Shown: positions 27,210 through 36,400 of the stretch, one piece after another
Position numbering within the stretch: position 1 is the stretch's first letter
Layout: each line of letters begins with the position of its first letter
Source of the DNA: Elusimicrobiota bacterium
GTDB lineage: Bacteria; Elusimicrobiota; Elusimicrobia; FEN-1173
Assembly: GCA_016706425.1 (NCBI GenBank)
Contig: JADJJR010000001.1
Coordinates: forward strand, 385,728 to 449,727
Direction of reading: 5' to 3'
DNA length: 64,000 bases
Notes under the pieces: generated by a model
Databases searched by the model: none
What the model saw: the letters and a program-made list of their open reading frames with translations, nothing else
Told to the model about the DNA's origin: nothing
Made by a program: the position numbers and the translations under genes

Positions 27210-28118
27210 TTAAGGCCGGAAAAGTTCCGTGGTGGCCGACAGGGCTTCCGGGGTGCCGGAAACCCAATACAACGTGGGGTCCCCGTCCCGCCGGGCGATG
27301 GTCCGGGCGATGGGGTCTTTTTCGGTTCGGCCGAAACGGATCGCGTGGGTGGATCCGTCCTCCAGAGTGACGGTCAGAACCGCCGAAGGTCGATCCAATC
27401 CCAACCGGCGCGCGACGGACGCGTCCGCATCGTCGATGAAATCCTCGGCGGTGAGATAACGAAGCCGGTTCTCGAACCCTTCCGCTTTGAGGGGGTGCGC
27501 GGGTTTCCCGTTCACGGTCCACCCCGTTGACGACCGCTCCAGGGCAAACCGCGTCGCCCCCCGCTCCAACCGGATCGCCCGCGCGCGTGTTTGAGCCGGC
27601 AGGGGGAGCAGTCGCCCTTCCCGCCAACGGTTGGCTTCCCCGTAGAGAAAATCCCGCCGCAAGCCGCGCGCCAGATAGACCCGTTTGTCCCCGGGTTTTC
27701 GAAGATAGGCGCGGGTCGTGTCCGGGGCGGTCCGCCCCACCCACCATTCGGTCGGGGCGTCGGTCCCGGCGCCCCAGACCCGCAACAGGGTTCCGCTGGC
27801 CTCGTCCACCTCGAAAAGGGAGTGGCTTTCGGCCCGGTCGCTCAGGACGGCTTCGAGCGTAAGTTCGTTGAGGGCGTTGGCGACGCCCATCACCAGGCCC
27901 TCCCCCGCCGGGGCCCGCACCGGGGCGGCCACCCGCCAGTCGTCCCCGGTTTTCTCCAGCACCACCGCGCCTTCGGGTCGACGGATTTCGACGCGGTTGA
28001 GATCGCGGGGGGGGGGTGGGGTGTTGGGCCGCTCGTTCGACCGCGGCCAAAGGCTCAAGCCGACCACAAAGGCCACGGCCACCGCGGCCGCCGCCAAGGA
28101 ACGAATCCATTTAGGCAC
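27210..28118 (-). CDS. DUF4340 domain protein
   Basis: N-terminal TM, LEKTGDDWRV, YLRKPGDKRVYL, LGLDRPS; typical partner downstream of gldG. Confidence 0.8.
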   Translation of the reverse strand: MPKWIRSLAAAAVAVAFVVGLSLWPRSNERPNTPPPPRDLNRVEIRRPEGAVVLEKTGDDWRVAAPVRAPAGEGLVMGVANALNELTLEAVLSDRAESHSLFEVDEASGTLLRVWGAGTDAPTEWWVGRTAPDTTRAYLRKPGDKRVYLARGLRRDFLYGEANRWREGRLLPLPAQTRARAIRLERGATRFALERSSTGWTVNGKPAHPLKAEGFENRLRYLTAEDFIDDADASVARRLGLDRPSAVLTVTLEDGSTHAIRFGRTEKDPIARTIARRDGDPTLYWVSGTPEALSATTELFRP

Positions 28119-29691
28119 GGCCGGTCCCCTCCTCCATCCAACGTCGAACCTCCGCGCGGACCGTTCGCCGGTGGCGCCAATGGAGCAGGCCGGCGAGCAC
28201 GATCAGAACGGGGACCAAAAAATAACCGACGGCCTTCGTCAGCCCTTTGAGCACGGGGGCCAGCATCTTCAGCGGACGGTAGGGCGAACTTTTGGGCGGC
28301 ATGGCGAGGTATTGCCCGTCCTGGGTCAGCCATTGGGCCAAGGCCAAGATGAACAGCGGGTTTCCGTCGGGATGGGGAAATTGGGGGTTGGCGAAGTACG
28401 AGGTCCCCAACACCACCAGCCGGAGGTTCGGCACCGAACGTTGGGGCGCGCGAAAGGTCACCGTGCTTCCTTCCACCACGGCGGCCAGGGTGAAGGGCCC
28501 GCGACGGGAGGGGGACTGGGATTGGCGTTGCGCCAAAAGGCTCGGCGGGTCGACGTTGTAGGCCCCCTCCCAGACCCAACTTTTTTCGGAGGAACGGGCG
28601 AGCGGGGTGAAGGCGAGGGGCGCGCCGTCGCCGAACGAAGGGGACACCGCGTTCGCGTAGGGGAAGGCCAAAACGTCCAGGTTCCGAACGGCGACGTGGT
28701 CCTTGTTGAGGTTGTTCGCCATCACAAACGGCCAATAACTGACGTAGTAGGCGTTTTCCCGGCTTTGCATGACGATGTTTTGGCAGCGCTCGTCCAAAAT
28801 GAATTCACGGTCGACATTCACGCCGTAGTGGGCCAGATAGGATTCCAGCCCCGTTTCCTGGGCGATGCTTCGAAAGCTGTTGGGCATCACCACGCGGCGG
28901 TTGAGCGCCACCACCACCGGCACCCCGGAAGAGATGTAGCGGTCCAGCGCGTCCAGCTCGTCGTCGTTCAGTTTGTTTTGGGGGCCCAACAGGAAGATGG
29001 CGTCGGGCCAGATTCCGGGATCGTCCTTGAGCGAAAGGCGCGTCGGTTCCACGTGGAATTCTTCGAAAAGGCGGGCCGCCGGACCCTGCTTCATATGCTG
29101 GGGCGACACCTCGTTGTGGTTGGAAACGAAGAAAAGGGTTTTTTTCTTTTTCTGGCTCATCACCCGCAGGCGGCTGGCGATTTCGTACTCCAAATTGTTG
29201 GCGTTTTTGACAAAGGGGATGACGTCCTGTTGATCCTGGTAAAAGAGGACCAACCCCAGGAATCCTTCGCGCACCTGAAACTGATCGGAGGCCATTTGGG
29301 TGAAGCGCGCGGATTCGAGACCCAAGCGGGCGAGATCGGACACGGAGGCGTCGGAATTGTCCGGGGTGACGGTTTCCACCGTCCATCGTCCCCGCGAAGC
29401 CGCCCGGAATTCGCTCAAGAGGTCGCGGATGTATCGGCCCTGGGTCTCGTAGGGTTCCGGAAGGGCCGGTGTGCGGACGTATTTGACCACCACCGGGTCG
29501 GGCAGGGACCGGACGAGCTCCCGGGAGGCCCGCGAGAGGGAGTAGCGGTTGTCGGCGGTCCAGTCGAAGCGGGCGAAAACGCGGTCGGCCGCGATGTTGA
29601 CGCCGGCCAGGATCCCCCCCAGCAAAAGGAGGCCCGAGCCCGACACCAGGCTCAGCCGTCTTTTCCGTTCGCGGAGGGGGTCTAGCGCCAT
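28111..29691 (-). CDS. gldG: GldG-family ABC transporter auxiliary component
   Basis: ATG at 29691 overlaps the upstream stop. RFDWTADNRYSLS, LEYEIASRL, FFVSNHNE, LDRYISSG, C-terminal TM. Confidence 0.85.
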   Translation of the reverse strand: MALDPLRERKRRLSLVSGSGLLLLGGILAGVNIAADRVFARFDWTADNRYSLSRASRELVRSLPDPVVVKYVRTPALPEPYETQGRYIRDLLSEFRAASRGRWTVETVTPDNSDASVSDLARLGLESARFTQMASDQFQVREGFLGLVLFYQDQQDVIPFVKNANNLEYEIASRLRVMSQKKKKTLFFVSNHNEVSPQHMKQGPAARLFEEFHVEPTRLSLKDDPGIWPDAIFLLGPQNKLNDDELDALDRYISSGVPVVVALNRRVVMPNSFRSIAQETGLESYLAHYGVNVDREFILDERCQNIVMQSRENAYYVSYWPFVMANNLNKDHVAVRNLDVLAFPYANAVSPSFGDGAPLAFTPLARSSEKSWVWEGAYNVDPPSLLAQRQSQSPSRRGPFTLAAVVEGSTVTFRAPQRSVPNLRLVVLGTSYFANPQFPHPDGNPLFILALAQWLTQDGQYLAMPPKSSPYRPLKMLAPVLKGLTKAVGYFLVPVLIVLAGLLHWRHRRTVRAEVRRWMEEGTGRA

Positions 29692-30398
29692 CGTCGGCTG
29701 TTGAAACTGGCCAGGGTGCCCGCGAGCGCCAACACGGTGCCCGAGAGGAAGTAGAGGACGTCGCGGGTGTCCACGATCCCCTTGAGAAAGGGTTGGTAAT
29801 GGCGGTCCACCCCGAAGTAAGACAGGAGTCGACCGGTCAGTCCGGGCAGGTACTCCGCGGATTGCCCCACCAGGAAAAAGACGAAGCAAAGAAGAAAACC
29901 CAACAGGAACCCCACAACCTGGCTGCGGGAAAGGGACGAGGCGAAAAGCCCCAGCGCGCTGTAAAAGATCCCCAGGAGGAGCGCCCCCAGGAAACCGCCG
30001 GCCGCTTGCCCCAGGTCCGGCGGACCCAGGACGATCAGCAGAGCGAGGTACACCAAAGACAACCCCAACAACACCCCCCAAATCGCGAGGGCGGCGCCGA
30101 ACTTGCCCAGCACGATTTCGGCGTCCTCGAGCGGCAGGGTGACGAGCGTTTCCACGGTCCCGGTTTTGTATTCCTCGGCGAACAGGCGCATGGTGAAAGC
30201 GGGCAGGAAGACGGCCAACAAAAGGGGCAGGGGCGTGAGGAATTCATCGAGGGACGCCTGCCCGACAAGGAACAGGGACGCCGTGAAAAGCCAACCCATG
30301 ATGACGAAGAAAAGCACCAGCGCGATGTACGGGGTGGGGGAATTGAAAGACTCTTTCCACTCCTTGCGGGTCAAGAGAAGGGCGCGGGAGATTCTCAC
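29682..30398 (-). CDS. gldF: GldF-family ABC-2 permease
   Basis: GTG at 30398. KEWKESFNSPTPY, TMRLFAEEYKTGTVETLVTLP, GIVDTRDVLYF. Confidence 0.88.
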   Translation of the reverse strand: MRISRALLLTRKEWKESFNSPTPYIALVLFFVIMGWLFTASLFLVGQASLDEFLTPLPLLLAVFLPAFTMRLFAEEYKTGTVETLVTLPLEDAEIVLGKFGAALAIWGVLLGLSLVYLALLIVLGPPDLGQAAGGFLGALLLGIFYSALGLFASSLSRSQVVGFLLGFLLCFVFFLVGQSAEYLPGLTGRLLSYFGVDRHYQPFLKGIVDTRDVLYFLSGTVLALAGTLASFNSRRWR

Positions 30399-31321
30399 GG
30401 CGTCACCGTCAGTTGGCGGAAAATGTCGTCCAGGGTCGCGGTTTGCCGCCGCAGCTCCATCAAAGGCCACCGCCGGTCGGCGCAGAGGCGGGCCAAATCT
30501 TCCCGCGGGTCGCGGGTCCCCGTCAAAAGGAAACCCGGGCAGCCGACTTCCGCCTCGTCCCGTTTCTCGACGGCGGTCACGCCCGCCAGACCGGCCAGCG
30601 CTTCCGCGGCGGCGGCGGGGGCCTTGAGGCGGACGTAAAAACTTTGCGCCCCGGCGAGACGGTCCTGCAATTCGGCCACGGTGCCCTGGGCGACGATTTG
30701 GCCCTTGTGGATGATCAGCAGGCGGTCGCACATCCGCTGGGCTTCGGGCAGGATGTGGGTGGACAACAGGACCGTCTTCTTTTCCTTCAGACGCAAGATG
30801 AGGTCCCGAACGTCCTTTTGCTGGTTGGGGTCGAGGGCCGAGGTCGGTTCGTCCAGGATCAAAATCGGCGGGTCGGCCAGTATGGCCAGGGCCAATCCCA
30901 GCCGCTGGCGGTACCCCTTGGACAGTTCACCGATGTCCTTGGACACGACGTCCCGCAGGGCGCATTGGTCGATAACTTCCCTCAGGCGGGCGTCGATGCG
31001 CCCGGGGGGAATCTCCCGCAGGTGGGCGAAGAGTTCCAGAGCCTCCCACACCCCGAGGGATTCGTAGAGGGGGTTGGTCTCCGACAGATAGCCCACGCGG
31101 CGGCGCGTTTCGAGGGCGTCGGCCAGGACGTTCACGCCGTCGAGGGTGACCGTCCCGGCGGTGGGGGGCAGGTAGCCCGTGAGCACGCGCAGGGTCGTGC
31201 TTTTGCCCGCGCCGTTGGGGCCGAGCAGGCCGACCACCTCGCCGGGGTTGACCGTGAAGGACACCCCCGCCACGGCGCGGGTGGGACCGTAATCTTTAAT
31301 GAGTCCTTGGACGTTGATCAT
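30395..31321 (-). CDS. gldA: GldA-family ABC transporter ATP-binding protein
   Basis: GPNGAGKS, LSKGYRQR, ILILDEPT, STHIL. Confidence 0.9.
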   Translation of the reverse strand: MINVQGLIKDYGPTRAVAGVSFTVNPGEVVGLLGPNGAGKSTTLRVLTGYLPPTAGTVTLDGVNVLADALETRRRVGYLSETNPLYESLGVWEALELFAHLREIPPGRIDARLREVIDQCALRDVVSKDIGELSKGYRQRLGLALAILADPPILILDEPTSALDPNQQKDVRDLILRLKEKKTVLLSTHILPEAQRMCDRLLIIHKGQIVAQGTVAELQDRLAGAQSFYVRLKAPAAAAEALAGLAGVTAVEKRDEAEVGCPGFLLTGTRDPREDLARLCADRRWPLMELRRQTATLDDIFRQLTVTP

Positions 31322-31344
31322 GAAAAAACGATTCTAGAACACGC

Positions 31345-32262
31345 TCAAGGGGCTCGCAAGTCGTCGGGCCATTCGGCGCACAGCCGACGCAAAAGGGCTT
31401 CGGAGCCGTCGCTGATGACGGTGAAATAAGCGGGGCCGCGGTGTTCCTGGACCACCGCCATCCGTCCCCGGGGGACGGCGAGACGCACGGGTTTCTCCGT
31501 ACGGAAAAAAGACACCACCGTTAGCCCGTCGGTGTAGGTCCATTGCGTCACCGTCACGCCCTGGGTTTGGAAGCGCCGGTCCCTTTTCAAGACGAACCCG
31601 CAGGGCAGGGCGCGCGGGGCGTCGACCCCGGCCGGCGCGTCGGCGGCGGGGGTTTCGGATTCGGCGGCCACCTCGAACAGGCGCGGGTTTAGCCCGGGGG
31701 CGGCCTCGAACCGAACGAAGCGGACCATCGACGCGTCCCCGGGATCGGGGCCGTACCGGCGCAACGCCAGGACGACGCCGGCGTCGTCGTCCACCCACCA
31801 ACGCTCCCGGGGTTTTCCTTCCGTCAGGGGGGTCAACTCCACGCTCCAAACGGCCCGATCGGCCACGCGGTCCCGCGTCGGCGCCGAGACGCGGTAGTTG
31901 CTTTGAAACAGGGTCCATTCTTTGTCGGGGGACAGGGCGGGCTGGATCGGTTTGGAGCGGGCCCGACGGCCCTCGGGCTTCAGCAGGTGCTCCACGCCCT
32001 TCGCCCCCACCACCACGCGTCCCACCCGTCCCGCCGGGGTGAGGTATTCGTAGCGATAGGTGCCGCGGTCTTGGACGTAGACGCGGGCTTCTTCGGCGCG
32101 GGCGCCGGCGGCGGACCAATGGGTGATGGTGATCTCGCCTTGGTAAGGCGCGCGCGGTCCCTCGAAGGCCCGGCGGACGAGGGCGCCCCCGTCGGGTTCG
32201 GCGGCCCGGAGGCCCACGGCGGCCAGCAACAGCAGGCCGCTAACGCGAGTCAGCGTCGTCAT
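31345..32262 (-). CDS. MucB/RseB-like periplasmic sigma-E regulator
   Basis: Signal peptide, LolA-like N-domain (RWWVDDDAGVVL), TYTDGLTVVSFF. Confidence 0.8.
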   Translation of the reverse strand: MTTLTRVSGLLLLAAVGLRAAEPDGGALVRRAFEGPRAPYQGEITITHWSAAGARAEEARVYVQDRGTYRYEYLTPAGRVGRVVVGAKGVEHLLKPEGRRARSKPIQPALSPDKEWTLFQSNYRVSAPTRDRVADRAVWSVELTPLTEGKPRERWWVDDDAGVVLALRRYGPDPGDASMVRFVRFEAAPGLNPRLFEVAAESETPAADAPAGVDAPRALPCGFVLKRDRRFQTQGVTVTQWTYTDGLTVVSFFRTEKPVRLAVPRGRMAVVQEHRGPAYFTVISDGSEALLRRLCAEWPDDLRAP

Positions 32263-32710
32263 TGTAAGAGGCCCAGCGCACGGCGTCGTCCTCGTAAAAG
32301 CCGCTCACGGGCATCGGCCGTTCGGCGGCCGAGGCCGCGTGGGCGGCCATCAAGGGTTCGAGGTCGATCGCCGCCGGCACCGCGACGTCCCGTTGCAACA
32401 CCCAGGCGGTCGCGACGGCCAACGCGGCCGTCGCCAACCCCGCCGCGAACCACCGGGGGCTTCGCGCCGGGGGGATCCATCGCCGCCACAGGGGCGGTCG
32501 GCTCCGCCGCGCCCAGGAGGCGCGCAAGGCGGCCGGCAGGGGCCGTCGCGGGGCCTCCGCCAGTCGGGCCTTGAGGGACCGCAACGCCGCCACTTCGTTT
32601 CGGCACTCGGCGCACCCGGCCAGGTGTTCCTCAAAAAGAACGCGTTCATCGTCCGCGAGGGCGCCGTCGACAAAGGCCGAGGGAAAGGACCAGTCCGGCG
32701 GGTGGATCAC
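32240..32710 (-). CDS. Zinc-finger (ZAS) anti-sigma factor, RseA-like
   Basis: SAFVDGAL, HLAGCAEC (HxxxCxxC), TM helix. Confidence 0.85.
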   Translation of the reverse strand: MIHPPDWSFPSAFVDGALADDERVLFEEHLAGCAECRNEVAALRSLKARLAEAPRRPLPAALRASWARRSRPPLWRRWIPPARSPRWFAAGLATAALAVATAWVLQRDVAVPAAIDLEPLMAAHAASAAERPMPVSGFYEDDAVRWASYNDDADSR

Positions 32711-33315
32711 CGGGCGGCCTCGGCGCGGTACCGGTCGAAATAGGCCCGCAGCAAACGGCGGCCCTGGTGCAAACGCGAACGCACGGTGCCCAGGGGGCAG
32801 TCCAGGATCTCCGCCAGGGTCTCGTAGGAATGGCCCTCGATGTCGCAGAGGGTCACCGCGGCCCGGTACACGGGGGGCAGTTGCCGCAAAGCGCGGCGCA
32901 CCCAGCTGTCGCGTTCCCGGTCGAGCAGGGCGTCGACGGGGTTGGGGTCGTTCCCCCGGAACTTTTCGACCAGGGGGGTCTCGCCGTCGGGGAGCGGGGC
33001 GTCGAAGGAGACCGCGTTCCGCCGTTCGTAACGGCGCATGTTGTCCATAAAGACGTTGTGCAGAATGCGTCCGGCCCAGGCGTCAAAGGGGCGGCCGGGG
33101 TCGTAGCGGTCCCGGGCGGCGAAGGCGCGGGCGAGCGCCTCTTGAACCAAATCGGAGGCGTCGGCCTCGTTGCCGGCGAGGCGCCAGGCGAAATTGTAGA
33201 GCTTGTCGCCGTGGCGCTCCGCGAGGGCCCAAAAATCTTCGGGGGTCAAGGGGCGGGGTGTGTCGGTTGAAAACGATGGGTCGAGGGCGATGTTGAGCGC
33301 TCCGGTGTTTGTCAT
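32707..33315 (-). CDS. ECF sigma factor (RpoE/SigW-like)
   Basis: DASDLVQEAL, FDAWAGRILHN, YETLAEILDCPLGTVRSRLHQGR. Confidence 0.92.
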   Translation of the reverse strand: MTNTGALNIALDPSFSTDTPRPLTPEDFWALAERHGDKLYNFAWRLAGNEADASDLVQEALARAFAARDRYDPGRPFDAWAGRILHNVFMDNMRRYERRNAVSFDAPLPDGETPLVEKFRGNDPNPVDALLDRERDSWVRRALRQLPPVYRAAVTLCDIEGHSYETLAEILDCPLGTVRSRLHQGRRLLRAYFDRYRAEAAR

Positions 33316-33455
33316 GGGGCCGTCCTTTTCCGTCGATCGCGATGGTGTGGCCGTTCGTTATTTCCTACGGGCGGGCCCCTGTTTGGTTCGAGAATTTACA
33401 ATATTGTTACATTATTTTAAGGGAATGATCGGCGTTTCAGGCATAGGATTACGGC

Positions 33456-36400
33456 GTGTTCTCCCCTATAGTTTATAGGAAGACGACCGCCTTTTGTCTA
33501 TCGGTGGCCTATGCGTTGTCGAACGTGGTTTTCGTCCACAGTGCCGAGTCCCGGTTTTGGGCGGACCGCCAACGCGCGCGGCGTTCCGATCAATCGGACC
33601 CCCGGGGTTGGCTGGCCCAGGCCGGGCCCGCCGCCTTGCCCAACGCCGCCTTGCCCCGCGTCGCCGCGGTGGAACCGGGCGCCGCGGCGCGGTCGGCGCG
33701 GGAGGAGCGCCTTCCGGAACGTTTGTCGCCGGACCACCGCCGCTGGTTGGCGGCCGTTCCCGCTGCCCGGGCGTCGTTGAGGCGGGTGACCTTGCCGCCC
33801 CAGGCCCCGCGCGGCCTGGTGATCCATCTCCAGGATGTGCACCACCACGTGGAAGCCCAAAAAAATCTGGGCGGGACCGTCGACGCCCTCCTCGCCGCCG
33901 GGGGGCGGCGTTCGCCCTGGGTGGCGTTGGAGGGGGCGTTTGGTCCCGTGGACCTCTCCGTGCCGAGGGCGTTCCCGGACCCCGCGGCCCTGGCCGCCGC
34001 CGCGGAGGAAATGCTCCTGCAAAACGAAATTTCCGGTCCGATCCAGGCCCTTTTAACGCGGGCGGGGCCCGCGCCTTTGGTGCTGGGAATCGACGACCCT
34101 GCCCATTACGCGGCCAACGTCGAGGCCTACCGTCGCGCCCACCCCCGATTGGCCGCCGAAAAAGAGCGGCTGAGCCGGGCCCGCGCCGCGCTCGAGGATG
34201 AAAAAGCCAAAACGGGGAACACGGCTCTCCTGGATTTCGACCGCCGGGCCCGCGCCTATCATGGGGGCGCGACGCGCTTGGGGGCCTTCGCCCGCTCCCT
34301 GGCGCCTCTGCCCAAGGGCCGTCACCCCGCCCTAGCGCACTTCCTGGACACTCTGGCGATGGAGGACGCCATCGATTTCGCCCGCGTGGAGGCCGAGCGC
34401 GGCCGGGTGTTGGAACGGCTCGCGCGGTCGCTCTCGCCCGAGGACACGGCGCGGTTGGTGGCCCAGGGGGTGGCCTATCGGTCGGGCGAGTTGAGCGCCG
34501 CGGATTTCTATCTTTCACTGGATGAACTGTGCCAAAAGGCCGGGGTGGCTCTGTCGGGCACCCCGGCCTTCGCCGATTACCTGCGCTACGTGTTGCACGC
34601 CCACCGGATCGACGCCGAGGCGTTGTTCGAGGATTTACGGGTGCGGGAAGAGGCGGTCGTCGAGGGGCTCTTGTCCACGCCCGTCGAACGCCGGCTTTGG
34701 GAGGAATCCGGACGCCTGGCCCTGGAGGAAAAACTCGCCGACTTCTCTTTGACGCCGGAGGAATGGGCCGGGCTGGCGGCGAAGGGGCCGGCGCGATCGG
34801 CCGTTTTGGCGTACGCCGAACGTTTTTACGTCGAAGCTCAATCCCGGGACGAGGCCATGGCCGCCGGGATGTTGAAAAAATTGGCCGATGCCCCCGAGGC
34901 CCTTTTGGTCACCGGGGGCTACCACGCCCGGGGATTGACCGAACGCCTGACGCGGGCGGGGTACGCCGTCGCCTCGGTCGTTCCCAAACTCACCAACATC
35001 GAAGGGCCCCAGGGCGCGGCCTATTTGGCGGTCTTCGCCGAGGAAAAGACCCCCCTGGACCGCTTGTTCGAAGGACCGAAACTTTTCCTCGCCGCGCCGC
35101 CGGCTTCGGACGAGAGTCTGGCGCGCACGGAATTGACCGCGGGCGCCGTCGCCGTCGGCGGCGAGCCGGACGGCGCGCTGCCCGGTCCGGTGCGCGACCA
35201 CTTGAAGCGGACGTTCACGGTCATTGACGGCGGACGGAAGGGGGGGGTGTCTTCCGTCCGCGTCCGTCATCGGGGACGGACGATCGTCGCCTCCTTCGAC
35301 CCCACGAAACCCGGGGGGCGCAAGGCCCGTTGGGGGCTTGTCGGGCGGGCGCGTCCCACCCGCGAAGATTTTCGCCGCTGGACCGGGCGGATCGGTTCCC
35401 GCGCGCGGAATCTCCTCCGGGGGGCGTGGGGGGCACCGCCGTCCGTGGCGGTCGTTTCCCCCGCCGCGGTGCGCCGTTTGGACCCCCGCGCGGTGTTCAT
35501 TGATTTTGATTTGACCCTTTGGGCGGGTTACCCCTTCGACCCCCAGGCGAATTTGTTCGTGGACCGGTTGTTCAACGGCGACCCGGCGAAACGCGCGCCG
35601 ATGGCGCGTTTCCTGAAACGGATCTCGGGTTTGGGCGAAGCGGATAAATTGGCCGCGCTTCGCAACGATCGCGCGCTCGGTTTCCCCCCGATGGACGCCG
35701 CGGCCTGGACGGCGGTTTATCGGGAGGTCCGGGCGCTGATCAAGGCCCGTATTGAATCCAATTTCGATCCCCGTTTGGTGCCCGGCGCGATGGAATTGCT
35801 CCAGGCGGTGAAAGCGTCGGGGCGGCCGGTGTTCGTCCTCACGGGCGGCAACGCCGCGGAATGCCGCGCCCGGGCGGAACGGCTGGGGCTGGCGCCGTTC
35901 CTGGACGGGTATTTCGGGGACGGGGACAAAGCCGCCCGTTTGGCCGAGGCCCTGAAGAAAGAAAATTTGGCGCCGCACCAGGCGCTGATGATCGGCGACG
36001 CCCCCTCGGACATGGAGGCCGCGCGGTCCCAGGGCGTTCTCGGGGTGGGGTTGGCCCTGGAGCCGGCCGATGACGTTCTATTGAAAGAGGCCGGCGCCGG
36101 GGTGCTGGTGCGCCGCGCGTTCAACGATCCGGGCGCCTTGCTCGGCGTTCTCAAACTCGAAACCCCGCCGACGGTCTTTCCCGCCCGCGCGGGGATGCGG
36201 ACCGCCGTGGGCACCTACGCGCCGCTGTTCCAAATCCGGTCGGACCGGGATTGGGGCATCGGCGATTTCGGGACCGCCGCGCGGACGGCGGAACTGCACC
36301 GGGCCCTGGGTCTCACGCTTCTTCAAATCGAACCCTTGAACATGTCCTCCGCCGGAAACTCCCCCTATTCCGTGGCCAGCTCCCGGGCCATCGAGCCGAA

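Noticed and set aside
27210-31321. Calling gliding motility or a complete T9SS from gldAFG and the CTDs
   Set aside because: No gldJ/K/L/M/N, sprA or porU in the window.
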